Positions 37,986-49,129 are shown, numbered from the stretch's first letter. The stretch: 64,000 nucleotides of DNA from a bacterium (GCA_963662285.2 CAXXMV010000006.1:1792001-1856000), one strand, 5' to 3'. Numbers and translations are program-made. The notes: generated from the sequence alone by a model not told the origin.

Positions 37986-38079
37986 TAATTAGAATTATTT
38001 ATGGTATTCTCGCAATACCCACAAAAGTGTTTTAATATGCTGCTAACTACTATTGAATCGTTGAGGTAAATAACTAATA

Positions 38080-38913
38080 ATGAACCGCAAAGATATTCCA
38101 CTGATAATCGCCTGTTGTTTCATCTTCATGGTAGGATTTATGGATCGTTCAATGGCTAAACAAGCGCCTTTGAAAATTGCTATCTGTCAGATTTTCGCCT
38201 TGGATGGAGACCGGGAAGGCAACTTTGTCCGGATTGAAAACGCCATCATTGAAGCGAAAGAACAGGGCGCCAAAATTGCCTGCTTGCCCGAAACCACTAT
38301 CCTGGGTTGGGTGAATCCCGATGCGCATCAACGGGCTTTCGCCATACCCGGCGACGATTCAAACAGGTTATGCGAGTTGGCTCGCAAACACGAAATCTAT
38401 GTCTCAGCCGGGCTGGCGGAGAAAGATGGCGACAATCTTTATGACTCGGCATTATTGATTGATGATGGCGGCAATATCCTGATCAAACATCGTAAGATCA
38501 ATACTCTGACTGAACTCATGGATCCGCCTTATACACGGGGTGAAGATGTACAAACGGCTGACACGCCATTGGGGCGCATCGGTCTGCTGATCTGCGCCGA
38601 TAGTTTTGACAATGATGTACTGAAACGCATGGCTGATTTAAAACCTGATATAATGCTGGTTCCTTATGGCTGGGCGGCTAAGGAAGATGCATGGCCGGAA
38701 CATGGCAAAGCGTTGGCTAACACAGTCTCCAACGCCGCTAAAGTAATTGGCGCCCCATTGATCGGAACCGACCTGGTTGGTGAAATTTCTCATGGCCCCT
38801 GGACGGGACAGATTTATGGAGGACAGAGCGTAGCGGCTGATAAAAATGGAACTATTTTAAATATTGCCAAAGACCGTGACCGGGATATCCTTCTACTGTC
38901 TCTTCACCGATAA
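38080..38913 (+). CDS. Carbon-nitrogen hydrolase (nitrilase superfamily), signal peptide
   Basis: CLPE, HRK, GLLICAD = Glu-Lys-Cys triad. Confidence 0.9.
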   Translation: MNRKDIPLIIACCFIFMVGFMDRSMAKQAPLKIAICQIFALDGDREGNFVRIENAIIEAKEQGAKIACLPETTILGWVNPDAHQRAFAIPGDDSNRLCELARKHEIYVSAGLAEKDGDNLYDSALLIDDGGNILIKHRKINTLTELMDPPYTRGEDVQTADTPLGRIGLLICADSFDNDVLKRMADLKPDIMLVPYGWAAKEDAWPEHGKALANTVSNAAKVIGAPLIGTDLVGEISHGPWTGQIYGGQSVAADKNGTILNIAKDRDRDILLLSLHR

Positions 38914-38953
38914 TATCTTTTTATATTGAAATTAAACTGAATAGGAAAATAAA

Positions 38954-39883
38954 ATGAAACGAAGAACCGCGCTTCAGGCTTTGACTGCTTCTTTACTGTA
39001 TCCTGCTCTATCTTCGAGCGCTTCATCATCAACCAAGAAATGCAAAACAGCTATTGGGCTGAATGGTTTTGAGTCTGTTGCGAGAAAAAATAAAAAAGAC
39101 TTCCCTATTTGGGAAATTCTAGATTTTGCATCAAACACAGGATTCGATGGCGTGGAACTGGTTGATAATTGGCCTATGGGCGCCTATCCAAAAGCAGCTG
39201 AGCAGGAGCGAATTCGTACATTGCGCCGCTTGTATGATCAATACGGTCTGCAAATATTCTCAATCCAAAATGGCGCGGGCGACGCCTTTGATCCCGATGC
39301 GGATAAGCGCAAAGCCTGGATCGCTCTGATGAGAGACCGGCTGCAATTCGCCAAAAGTGCAGGCTGCGATTGCTTCGGCATGTGGCCCGGAGGCGGCTTG
39401 CGCGGACAGATCATGAAGCAGGCCATCGAGAACCTATCGAGTTCATTCCGTGAGGTAGGCAAAATGGCAGCTGATCTTGGAATTATGGCCGCTTTTGAGA
39501 TTGAACCGCCCTTTGTATTTAATACGGAAAAACAATTAATTGCAATTCTGGAACAAGTCAATCATCCATCGTTGAAGACCATTTATGATCCAAGCCACTT
39601 TGATCTGATGAACGGCTCGACAGGCAAACCGCATGAGATGTTAGAACGTATTGGCGTATCCAATATCGGCTACGTCCATTTCACCGATACAGACGGAACC
39701 CTTCGTGATGGCGGGACATCCAAACACCTACCGTGTGGAGACGGGCATGTTGATATTCCCAAATCGCTATCAACGCTGCTGAAAGGCGGTTTCAACGGTT
39801 GGATTATGATTGACGAATGGGAAATCCCTGATCCCTATGACGCCTGCATCAAAGGCAAAAAGGCCATAGATAAGGTATTTTAG
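38954..39883 (+). CDS. Sugar-phosphate isomerase/epimerase (xylose-isomerase-like TIM barrel), Tat-like signal
   Basis: KRRTALQ; GFDGVEL, FEIEP, YDPSH, HFTD, G.G.VD, MIDEW. Confidence 0.85.
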   Translation: MKRRTALQALTASLLYPALSSSASSSTKKCKTAIGLNGFESVARKNKKDFPIWEILDFASNTGFDGVELVDNWPMGAYPKAAEQERIRTLRRLYDQYGLQIFSIQNGAGDAFDPDADKRKAWIALMRDRLQFAKSAGCDCFGMWPGGGLRGQIMKQAIENLSSSFREVGKMAADLGIMAAFEIEPPFVFNTEKQLIAILEQVNHPSLKTIYDPSHFDLMNGSTGKPHEMLERIGVSNIGYVHFTDTDGTLRDGGTSKHLPCGDGHVDIPKSLSTLLKGGFNGWIMIDEWEIPDPYDACIKGKKAIDKVF

Positions 39884-39952
39884 TTGTATTTGAAATGATA
39901 TCGACAAGCATATACCAAGAAAAATTGATCAAATAATCATAGGAGGTTTATT

Positions 39953-40873
39953 ATGAAATTAGGTTTTGTAAGCGCTATTTTAGAGGAATTATCATTGGAA
40001 GAACTGGTCAAGTTTGCTGCTGCGGAAGATTATGATTGCGTCGAACTGATGTGTTGGCCCAAGGGTAAGGCCGAACGTCGCTATGCAGGCGTAACCCATG
40101 TTGATGTAGCCGATTTCAGCGAAGATGACGCCAAGAAGACCAACGAGATCATGAACAACGCCGGCGTCTCAATCAGCGGTTTGGGTTATTATCCCAATCC
40201 TTTGACTCCAGATGCGGCTGAAGCTGATACTTATATCCAGCAGATAAAAAGAGTTATCCGCGCATCAGGTCTGTTGGGCGTCAATCAGATGAACACCTTT
40301 ATCGGTCGCGACTGGACTAAATCGGTTGATGACAATTGGCCAAAATTCCTGGAAGTATGGAAGCCATTGATTGCCTACGCTGAAGAACAAGGCGTCCGCA
40401 TCGGCATCGAAAACTGCCCCATGTCTTTCAGTAAAGACGAGTGGCCCGGCGGTAAAAACCTGGGAACCAGTCCAGCTATTTGGCGTAAGATGTATCAGGA
40501 TATCCCCAGCGATAATTTCGGCTTGAATTATGATCCGTCGCACATGATCTGGCAGCACATGGATTATCTCAAACCTATGAAAGAATTCAGCAATAAACTA
40601 TTCCATGTCCACGCCAAAGACGTTCGCATCGACCGCGATAAACTTGATGACGTTGGCATCATGGCTATGCCTGCTCAATACCATACGCCAAAGTTGCCTG
40701 GCATGGGTGATGTAGACTGGGGACAATTCTTCTCTGTATTGACTGATACCGGCTATGATGGCCCGGTTTGCGTTGAAGTCGAAGACCGCGCATTTGAAGG
40801 CTCTCTGGAAAACCGTAAAGCGTCACTAAGACAAAGCGCAACATATCTGCGTCAGTTTTTACCCAAGAGATAA
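39953..40873 (+). CDS. Sugar-phosphate isomerase/epimerase (TIM barrel)
   Basis: [30 protein letters not shown]. Confidence 0.9.
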   Translation: MKLGFVSAILEELSLEELVKFAAAEDYDCVELMCWPKGKAERRYAGVTHVDVADFSEDDAKKTNEIMNNAGVSISGLGYYPNPLTPDAAEADTYIQQIKRVIRASGLLGVNQMNTFIGRDWTKSVDDNWPKFLEVWKPLIAYAEEQGVRIGIENCPMSFSKDEWPGGKNLGTSPAIWRKMYQDIPSDNFGLNYDPSHMIWQHMDYLKPMKEFSNKLFHVHAKDVRIDRDKLDDVGIMAMPAQYHTPKLPGMGDVDWGQFFSVLTDTGYDGPVCVEVEDRAFEGSLENRKASLRQSATYLRQFLPKR

Positions 40874-40885
40874 TTGAAGCCTAAT

Positions 40886-41004
40886 GTAGGGTGCGCCCCT
40901 TGTGGGCGCCCGGTACAACACAATTACGTAGGGTGGGTCACGCCTTACCGACCCACCGATGATGCATAAATTCGGTGGGTCAAAAAAACGCGACCCACCC
41001 TACG
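40886..41004. repeat. GTAG REP plus REPIN (family B)
   Basis: GTAGGGTGCGCCCCTTGTGGGCGCCC, then CGTAGGGTGGGTCACG…CGACCCACCGA / TCGGTGGGTC…CGACCCACCCTACG, between convergent genes. Confidence 0.85.
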
Positions 41005-41016
41005 GGTTGATCCAAA

Positions 41017-41484
41017 TCATTTCAACAAATCATAGCGGATTTTTATAACCACTTTTTTGATATTCTCTGTTTTATCATCAATCTTCAATTGCGGCATGTG
41101 GGCGTCGTCCGGGAATAACGCAACGAAAAGATCGGGATTGATGATTAATTTCCCTGGAGCATCCGGTGAAGGTTCAAAAAAGATAACATCGTCATCATCG
41201 CTATAAGGAGTCTTTATATCAGGAACCAGGGTAGGGAACCATCCCATGGCTTCTTCTCCAGACAGCGTTGTCTGAATATCGACGTATTGCATGTGAGCTT
41301 CCAGTTTGGCTTCTTCAACAGGAATAGTGTCATAACTCATTACCCGCGCAAAGATGTCAGTTCCATCGATGGGGTATTCCCCCTCTTCTGTATCTGGCGT
41401 AAGAGTAACCAGGAAATTGAAGGCTTTTTCCCAAGCTGGACCGAATTTGTATAATTTCCAATTACTTATCTGATCAAATATCAT
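41017..41484 (-). CDS. YhcH/YjgK/YiaL (NanQ/TabA) family protein
   Basis: EAH..YVDIQ..L.GEE, FP.DAH.P, IKKVVIK. Confidence 0.9.
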   Translation of the reverse strand: MIFDQISNWKLYKFGPAWEKAFNFLVTLTPDTEEGEYPIDGTDIFARVMSYDTIPVEEAKLEAHMQYVDIQTTLSGEEAMGWFPTLVPDIKTPYSDDDDVIFFEPSPDAPGKLIINPDLFVALFPDDAHMPQLKIDDKTENIKKVVIKIRYDLLK

Positions 41485-41613
41485 TTGCTTACTCCATATC
41501 TATAAGTATAGTTACGTTAATAATACGTGTTCTACAACTTTCTTTTCTAATTATAAATTTTATAAACTATACACCAAAACCAAAGCAAATCACACGTCAA
41601 ATAACCTGTCAAA

Positions 41614-42961
41614 TCATCTAGGGAAGATCTTTGCGTATTCCGAGCCATCCCATTTTATCTTCCAAACGGCGCCTTCTCCATAGAATAGGAGGTATTGATC
41701 ATCCAAAGTAGATATTACTATGCTATCCACTTTGAATGGAATATTTACGGTTTTGATCTTCTCACAGAATCGATCCTTGTCGCCGTTTTCTATTATTGAT
41801 GGCTTATAAATATCAAATGACGGATAATCTAAATTGTACCGTTTGTTCTTAAAATCGTATTCTGGTGAGAATGAGATAATCACTTGATTATTGTTCATTG
41901 ACAGAAGCGTTGACCATCTATTTTCCTTCTTTGGAATTGATCCACAGAATTTGAAGATATCATTGAATTCTCCATCTTTGATGCGACTGGTATTGATTTT
42001 AATAACCGGACAACGATCCCATTTACCAACCTGTGAGTAGATATAAGGTGATCGGCCATTGCTATTGTCGCATGATGAAAAATTATTAATGTATTCTTTC
42101 CACGTTACAAGTTCTGGGAGAAAACCACGCAGGTTATCAAAAGAGAATGCGGTCGTTTGAGGATTACCAGGAGAAAAGAAATAGAATTCTTTTTCAAATG
42201 GATTGGAACTTAAATAACATCCATTATCAAGATTTATAAGAGATTGCAGCCTATCACTGCTTTTCCACTCATTCAATAAAAGAAGTTGGCCTTGCTTTAA
42301 TGAATATTCCCTAAGTAAATCATACTTAAAACCTTGTGAAATTTCCTGGGCGACAATTTTGTTCTCACCTGCTACAGGAAAAAAGTAATTGGGAAAATCA
42401 TACTTCTTTTCAAGATTTCCGGAGATGCCGACATAGTAGAACTCATTTTCACTCTTCTGATAATATTTATTATTACGCAATTTTTTGGGTAATAACGGTA
42501 TCGACATGTAAATGGGATAATTTGAAGTTTGATGCACGAATTGAATAACAGGTTCACCATTTAAAGCAAAAAATCTTTGGGGGCTCCAAGATTCACTCTC
42601 TATTGTTTCCCCATCTACAATATATTCTTTGTTATTCCACTCACCGTTTAAGACGCTTACCGCTCTCGAACTATCGATCAAGAAACTACGGTATCTCATG
42701 ATCAGAGAGCCATCGTAATCTCTTGATGGCCAACAATAGTCGTTATAATAAAAACAGCAAAAGATATAGGGAGTACCTCTGATAGGTTTAATAGAAGTGC
42801 AGGTGAATCGTTCTTGATCTTCCTGCGTCCAACCGAAATCGTTTTTTTCTTCCGTGTTAAAATCTAATATAAACAGGATTATTAAAATAGTTATAATATA
42901 TCCCGCCGATCAGCGAAGAAACGATAAGACCCCAAAGAAGCCAACGGTATTTTTTTTGCAT
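41614..42961 (-). pseudogene. Frameshifted paralogue of 43118..44455
   Basis: Starts MQKKYRWLLWGL… at 42961 and stops after PVYIRF. The +1 frame continues FNTEEKNDFGW…GTPYIFC into ORF 41614..42699. Confidence 0.8.
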
Positions 42962-42983
42962 TTAGCATCTCCATAACTGGGAC

Positions 42984-43078
42984 TATTCAGGGAAGTAGGA
43001 TGGGACAAAGCAATTGAAATTCTCTTCTTTTCAACTACCCTGGCAGCGTGTCCCATCAAAACCACTCATGTTCCAACA
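42984..43078 (+). repeat. Long-loop GTAG REP (family A)
   Basis: TATTCAGGGAAGTAGGATGGGACAAAGC…GCGTGTCCCATCAAAACCACT, homologous to 8609-8708. Confidence 0.8.
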
Positions 43079-43117
43079 GTGATTCTAAATTGGTCTATTA
43101 AGCAATATAAACGTCTA

Positions 43118-44455
43118 TCATTTCGGAAAAACTTTGGCGTATTCCGAGCCATCCCATTTCATTTTCCAAATGGCGCCTTTGCCGTAGAATAAGATGTATT
43201 GATCATCCAATGTGGAAATCTCACGGCTATCCACTTTAAATGGAATATCGACGGTCTTAATCTTCTCGCAGAATCGATTATTATCGCCGTTTTCTATTAT
43301 TGAGGGCTTATAAATATCAAATGACGGGGAAATAAATTGCTTGTTATTGATATCAAATTCAGGGCAGAATGATATAATAAATTGATCATTGTTCAACGCC
43401 AAAATCGTTGACCATTTATCTTTCTCTTTAGGAATTGATCCACAGAATTTGAAGATATCATTAAACCCGCCATCTTTAATGCGACTGGAATTGATTTTAA
43501 CAACCGGACAACGATCCCATCCTCCTTCCTGTAAATAAAAACAAGAAGAACAATCACCATGTTGGTCGCATGAAGAAACATGCAAATATTTTCCCATTTG
43601 AAGATCAGGAAGAATATCGTAAAGATTATTTAAGTCGAATGAGATAGTTTTAGGAGACGAACCAGTTGTAAAGCAATATAATTTCTTCTGTTCTTGATCT
43701 TCAAAACTGAAATAGCATCCATCATCAAGAGTTATAAGGTTATAGAGATATTTACCGGTTTTCCATTCATTCAATAAGTTAAGTTTATCTTCACCATAAC
43801 TGTATTCCTTCATTCCATCTTCAAAAATCCTATTGTGCATATTTGGAACGACGATTTTATTCTCGCCTGCAATGGGGAAAAAGTGTTCGGGAATTTCTTT
43901 CTTCGATTCTATGTTTCCTGCAATATCGACTAACATATATTCATGTTCAGATTTTTTACATAGATTACGAAAATCATGGGGCAATAAAGGTAATGACGCA
44001 TAAATTGGTAATTTGGTTGTTGAATGAAGAAATTGTAATATTGGTTCACGGTTAATGGAAAAAGATTTTTTATGAAACCACGTTTCACCATCCATCACTA
44101 AACCCGATTCTACATAATATTTAGAAGTCCATTCTCCGTTTAAAACGCTTAACGACCTTGAATTATCGATTAGAAATCCACGATATAATAAGGTTGTATA
44201 GCCATAGTTCCACCTACCTGAAGACTGTGGATAGCCGTTATCGTGAAACCGGCAGAATATATAAGGCGTTCCTCTGATCGGTATGATTGATTCACAATAG
44301 AACCGATCTTCATCTTTCTGCGACCAACCAAAATCGCTTTGCTCTTGCGCGTTGAATTCAATATAAATCGGGAAATAGATAAAGAAATAATAAAAACCGC
44401 CAATCAGCAAAGCGACGAGAAGAATCCTAAGTAACCATCGATATTTTTTCTGCAT
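43118..44455 (-). CDS. Membrane-anchored beta-rich hypothetical protein
   Basis: N-terminal TM; C terminus GAIWKMKWDGSEYAKVFP resembles a propeller blade; tandem paralogue downstream. Confidence 0.8.
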   Translation of the reverse strand: MQKKYRWLLRILLVALLIGGFYYFFIYFPIYIEFNAQEQSDFGWSQKDEDRFYCESIIPIRGTPYIFCRFHDNGYPQSSGRWNYGYTTLLYRGFLIDNSRSLSVLNGEWTSKYYVESGLVMDGETWFHKKSFSINREPILQFLHSTTKLPIYASLPLLPHDFRNLCKKSEHEYMLVDIAGNIESKKEIPEHFFPIAGENKIVVPNMHNRIFEDGMKEYSYGEDKLNLLNEWKTGKYLYNLITLDDGCYFSFEDQEQKKLYCFTTGSSPKTISFDLNNLYDILPDLQMGKYLHVSSCDQHGDCSSCFYLQEGGWDRCPVVKINSSRIKDGGFNDIFKFCGSIPKEKDKWSTILALNNDQFIISFCPEFDINNKQFISPSFDIYKPSIIENGDNNRFCEKIKTVDIPFKVDSREISTLDDQYILFYGKGAIWKMKWDGSEYAKVFPK

Positions 44456-44565
44456 GAATAATCTCCATCAAAAAGTTGAATTCAACCTCAATAAATTAAC
44501 GAGTAACATAGTGGTTTATTACGGTTTAGAGACTAGAAAGTGGAACTAAAGCAGATAGCAGGTTA

Positions 44566-45570
44566 TTAAGACGCCATGCGGGATACTTCAATAGCAGGGA
44601 TATTGGATATTTTCAGGGCTGGTTCGCGCCAGGATTGGTCATCGCGTATATTGGCGTCAACCAAATGTCCTTGTCGCGTACCGCGACGGGCGAATTCATC
44701 TTCGATTGACTGATAGACGGCTTTACGATCCAGACACCAATCAGGCGCCACTAATACATTAGGCGGAGCGTCGGCGGTGAGACGTTGTACGCTGACATCA
44801 TCGGGGATGCGTTCCAGAAAATCGCAGACGATCCTGGCGTATTCTTCCATACCGAACATCTTGAATTTCCCCTCAAGATAATCCTTCTCCATTTGGGTAT
44901 TCTTCATAACATGAAGCAGGTGAACCTTAATGCTGTGGAAGGGAAGTATCGCAATACGCTCAGCGGTCAGCATCATGTCTTCCCACGATTCACCGGGCAA
45001 TCCGAGAATAACGTGGATGCAAATCTTTAGGTCACGCTGCGAGGCCTGATGCATTCCCCAGATGAAGCGTTCATAGGTGTCGCAACGGTTGATGCTCTCT
45101 AAAGTCCGGTTATGACTGGATTGCAGGCCATACTCCACCCAAACCTCGAAACGTTCCGAGTATGATTCTAGTAAGTCAAGTGTTTTCAATGACACGCAGT
45201 CAGGACGGGTGCCGACGGCGAAGGAGACAATATCTTCATAAGGAAGGATATGGTCATAGATTTCTTTCAATTGTGGAATGGGAGCGAAGGTGTTGGTATA
45301 GGCCTGAAAATAGGCCAGAAATTTCTTGGCTTTGAACCTGCCGCGCTGAAATTCCATACCATTTTCAATTTGTTCAGTAATGGGCAGAACTGGAACGCGG
45401 GAATTATAACTGAAACCTTCGTTATTACAGTAGGAGCAGCCGCCTTCTCCCTTGGTTCCGTCTATATTGGGACATGTAAAACCGGCGTCGATGGCCAATT
45501 TATGCACGCGGCAGCCAAAGCGCTCTTTAAGATAACTTCCAAATGTAAAATAAGGCTTTTCAATCAACAT
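44566..45570 (-). CDS. Radical SAM protein, TIGR01212/YhcC family
   Basis: DAGFTCPNIDG..G.GGCSYC, YFQAYTNT, GTRPDC, EYGLQS. Confidence 0.92.
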   Translation of the reverse strand: MLIEKPYFTFGSYLKERFGCRVHKLAIDAGFTCPNIDGTKGEGGCSYCNNEGFSYNSRVPVLPITEQIENGMEFQRGRFKAKKFLAYFQAYTNTFAPIPQLKEIYDHILPYEDIVSFAVGTRPDCVSLKTLDLLESYSERFEVWVEYGLQSSHNRTLESINRCDTYERFIWGMHQASQRDLKICIHVILGLPGESWEDMMLTAERIAILPFHSIKVHLLHVMKNTQMEKDYLEGKFKMFGMEEYARIVCDFLERIPDDVSVQRLTADAPPNVLVAPDWCLDRKAVYQSIEDEFARRGTRQGHLVDANIRDDQSWREPALKISNIPAIEVSRMAS

Positions 45571-45571
45571 G

Positions 45572-47170
45572 CTATTTCCGCTCGAAGAAGGATATGAATC
45601 CAAATCGAGTCTCTTCAGTGCGATATTCGTATAACTGGTGAAAGCGTTGATCCTGCCACATATCCATCTGGGCCGGATAGGTGAGCATATCAACCAACTT
45701 ATCTTCAGGATAAGGTTGGGAGGTAAAAAACAGAAGGGGAAAGAGTTGTATCAATCGGGGCTTACGTTCTAAAACATAGTCCGAATTACTCTTATCATGT
45801 CCGGGAAGACACAGGTTTTCGTATTTTAACGGGGTGTGAGCGATGGTGCTGTCGTTTAATCCCAGCATATCAATACAGCGCAATTCGCAATGATATGGAA
45901 TAGCCCCGGCGTTAATAACCGCAATCAGAGTTTCCGGAGGATATTTTTCTTTCAGCCATATACCCACGTTAGCCCAACTGCGGGTCCATTTTACCGTTGA
46001 AAGATGATATTTAGCTCCTTGAGCGAAGCGGCACGGCGTATCAACTTTAAACTCGGTAAGCTGCATTCCATGAGCGGGGATTAAGATTAATACAATAACC
46101 GCTATAACAGAGTTAATTACAAATTTACAAAAATAAGAAGGATTCACAAACTTTGTCATGATCAACTGATCAATGCATAATTGCAAACCGCGAATACTCA
46201 GGATTGAGAAGAAAGCGATAGCGGGAATCAGGAACCGGTGCAGCGTAAAATGGTCTCCGCCTTCCATGGTGACTAACGCAGTATGCAATAAGACAAACAT
46301 TAATGCGACTAAACTGGAGGGGCGGTATGCTTTACGCTCCAGCAATAATCCGAAAACAGCGAATAAAAATAGTGGACGGGGACGGAAAAAGTAGTAGGTA
46401 TATTCCAATCCACGCCATGCCAGATGCAGGCCTCCAAAATTATGCTTAGCGTAAAATGTGTTAGGAAGCGGTTGTCCAAAATAAAACAGCCGGAATCCAA
46501 TAAAAAGAGAGTAGGGAACTATCACAGTTGCGATGAATAAGAGGATAAGCGATTTAGAGAGACGTTTCTGCAAGAACCAGTAAGACAGACACAGGAACCA
46601 GAAAGCCGGTCCCTCTGGCCGGATCAATGAAACAAACAACATAAGAAGACAGACTGCGATATCCGGCCAGCGCCTGATCAGCGCATAGCATAGTAAAAGT
46701 AGGACGAATGAATAAGCGGTAGTCTCCATCCCCGAAAGAGAGTAGGCCGCTAATGATACATCGCTGGCTACTGCCAATCCTGCGGCAAGCGGCCAAAAGA
46801 GGGCATTAAAAATAATCCCGGATTTTTGATCATAAAATATGTTTCGATAGGAGAAAATGGATAAAACAATCAGAGCAAATGCTGATAGCAGGCTGGTTGC
46901 TTGAGAAACAATGGCTAACGGCAAACGGCATAACGCGCATAGAGTCAACCAGAAAGTCCAAAGCGGGCTGGTGTAGCCTTCAATTTTCTCTCCACCGGGA
47001 TAGAACACAATGCCATGCCCCTGAGCAATGTTACGCGCATAGGTCATAGGGATATATCCATCGTCAACCAGTCCGAAATCCCAAACTGAAAACCAGCAAG
47101 AGAAAAGAACTACCGTTATCAGTGCGATTATGATTAAAATAAAAGTTTGGCGTTTGGATGACATAAACAA
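45572..47170 (-). CDS. GT-C-type membrane glycosyltransferase-like protein
   Basis: VDDGYI..YARN…G.G.VF…EGYTSPLW, SGMET, RPEG, LPNTFYAK, AGAIPY, IDMLGL.D, PGH. Confidence 0.75.
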   Translation of the reverse strand: MFMSSKRQTFILIIIALITVVLFSCWFSVWDFGLVDDGYIPMTYARNIAQGHGIVFYPGGEKIEGYTSPLWTFWLTLCALCRLPLAIVSQATSLLSAFALIVLSIFSYRNIFYDQKSGIIFNALFWPLAAGLAVASDVSLAAYSLSGMETTAYSFVLLLLCYALIRRWPDIAVCLLMLFVSLIRPEGPAFWFLCLSYWFLQKRLSKSLILLFIATVIVPYSLFIGFRLFYFGQPLPNTFYAKHNFGGLHLAWRGLEYTYYFFRPRPLFLFAVFGLLLERKAYRPSSLVALMFVLLHTALVTMEGGDHFTLHRFLIPAIAFFSILSIRGLQLCIDQLIMTKFVNPSYFCKFVINSVIAVIVLILIPAHGMQLTEFKVDTPCRFAQGAKYHLSTVKWTRSWANVGIWLKEKYPPETLIAVINAGAIPYHCELRCIDMLGLNDSTIAHTPLKYENLCLPGHDKSNSDYVLERKPRLIQLFPLLFFTSQPYPEDKLVDMLTYPAQMDMWQDQRFHQLYEYRTEETRFGFISFFERK

Positions 47171-47373
47171 TATTATTTCTTGGATTTTATTGAGTTCAAT
47201 CGTTGTAGAGTAATTATCTTACAACAAATTCATCATACCACTGAAAAGTTATATGTCGGAGGTTTGAAAAACCACTTCTATAGTAATCCATGCTTAGACG
47301 AATGCGTCAGTTAAGGCTAGAATAGTTTTATGAATTTAGTCTTCAAAGATATTAGATTGTGAGGTTCACCATT

Positions 47374-49035
47374 ATGAGAAGTGATATAATGAAGACCGGA
47401 GTGGAAAAAGGTCCACACCGGAGTCTATGGTATGCAACTGGTTTATCAAAAACTGATTTAGATAAACCAATCATCGGCATCGCCAATTCTTTCAATGAAA
47501 TTGTTCCCGGTCATGTTGAGTTGAACAAAATAGCCAATGCAGTTAAACGAGGCATTTTGATGTCCGGTGGAACTCCGGTTGAATTCAACACAATCGCCGT
47601 AGACGATGGCATTGCCATGAATCATAAGGGAATGCGCTATTCGCTGGTCAGCCGTGAAAATATCGCTGATAGCGTCGAAATTATGGCTACAGCGCATCCG
47701 TTTGACGCTCTCGTTCTGGTATCCAATTGCGACAAGATAACACCGGGAATGCTGATGGCGGCCGCCCGGCTTAATATTCCAGCTATCCTTATTACAGGCG
47801 GTCCCATGCTGGCGGGATATGACCGTGGCGAGAAGGTCGGTCTGGATAAAATGTTCGACCGCATCGCTCCAACCAAAAATGGCGAAATTTCTGAGCCGGT
47901 GTTTGAAGAATCCTGCGCCGCCGCTTGTCCCGGAACCGGTTCATGCTCCGGCATGTTCACCGCCAACTCCATGAACTGCGTGGCCGAAGCATTAGGTATG
48001 GCGTTGCCCGGCAACGGAACTATTCCCGCCGTTTTCGCCGATAGAATCCGTCTGGCGCAAGAAGCGGGCGTCAAGATTATGGACTTGATTAAGAACGATC
48101 TCAAACCGCGCGATATCATGACCCGTGAAGCATTTCATAATGCCATTGCGCTTGATATGGCTTTCGGCGGCTCTACCAACACATCGCTCCATATTCCCGC
48201 CATTGCTCATGAAGCGGGCGTTAAACTGACCTTGAAGGATTTCAACGAGGTCAGCGACCGGACTCCGCATATCTGTAATATGGCGCCTGCCGGTCCATTC
48301 CACATGGAAGACCTGGATCAGGCGGGAGGCGTCTCTTCTATTCTTAACACCATAGCCCAGAAAAACCTGCTCAACCTGGATACCAAGACTGTCACTGGTA
48401 AAACTCTGGGCGAAAACATTAAAGATTCTCCCATAGGAAACAGCGACGTCATCCGACCGCTGGATAATCCATATCACGAAACCGGTGGATTGTGCTGCCT
48501 CTTCGGCAACCTGGCGCCAGACGGCAGTGTAGTCAAAGCCGCCGCCGTAGCCCCTGAAATGATGAAACACAGCGGCCCCGCCCGGATATATAAATCAGAA
48601 TCCGAAGCGGTTAAAGCCATACTGAGCAAGGAAATCAAAGAAGGCGACGTGGTCGTCATCAGTTACGAAGGCCCCAAGGGCGGTCCGGGAATGCCGGAAA
48701 TGCTGACGCCCACCTCAGTTGTAAAAGGTATGGGAATGGCCTCTAAAGTTGCGCTGATAACAGACGGACGATTTTCAGGCGCTACCTCAGGCGCATCAAT
48801 CGGCCATATATCACCTGAAGCGATGGAAGGCGGCCCGATTGGACTACTCGAAGAAGGCGACATCATTGAAATCGATATCCCTAACCGTAGTTTGAGCGTT
48901 AAACTTTCTGATGAAGAATTACAGAAACGCCGTGATGCTTGGGTTAAACCTGAACCGAAAATCAAAGGTGGAGTCATTGCGCGTTACGCAAAAATGGTCT
49001 CTTCCGCCGCAAGCGGAGCTGTATTCTTTGATTAA
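47374..49035 (+). CDS. ilvD: Dihydroxy-acid dehydratase
   Basis: NCDKITPG, GSCSGMFTANSM, GGSTN, YEGPKGGPGM, ITDGRFSG. Confidence 0.97.
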   Translation: MRSDIMKTGVEKGPHRSLWYATGLSKTDLDKPIIGIANSFNEIVPGHVELNKIANAVKRGILMSGGTPVEFNTIAVDDGIAMNHKGMRYSLVSRENIADSVEIMATAHPFDALVLVSNCDKITPGMLMAAARLNIPAILITGGPMLAGYDRGEKVGLDKMFDRIAPTKNGEISEPVFEESCAAACPGTGSCSGMFTANSMNCVAEALGMALPGNGTIPAVFADRIRLAQEAGVKIMDLIKNDLKPRDIMTREAFHNAIALDMAFGGSTNTSLHIPAIAHEAGVKLTLKDFNEVSDRTPHICNMAPAGPFHMEDLDQAGGVSSILNTIAQKNLLNLDTKTVTGKTLGENIKDSPIGNSDVIRPLDNPYHETGGLCCLFGNLAPDGSVVKAAAVAPEMMKHSGPARIYKSESEAVKAILSKEIKEGDVVVISYEGPKGGPGMPEMLTPTSVVKGMGMASKVALITDGRFSGATSGASIGHISPEAMEGGPIGLLEEGDIIEIDIPNRSLSVKLSDEELQKRRDAWVKPEPKIKGGVIARYAKMVSSAASGAVFFD

Positions 49036-49045
49036 GCCATAACTC

Positions 49046-49079
49046 ATCCGGTAGCAGGCATACAATCCTGCTGCCGGAT
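49046..49079 (+). terminator. Hairpin, probable terminator after ilvD
   Basis: ATCCGGTAGCAGG…CCTGCTGCCGGAT; weak U tail. Confidence 0.55.
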
Positions 49080-49129
49080 TATAATTCTTCTCCAAGTTGG
49101 GTGAGAGGGAATTCTTATAAGTGGGTGAT

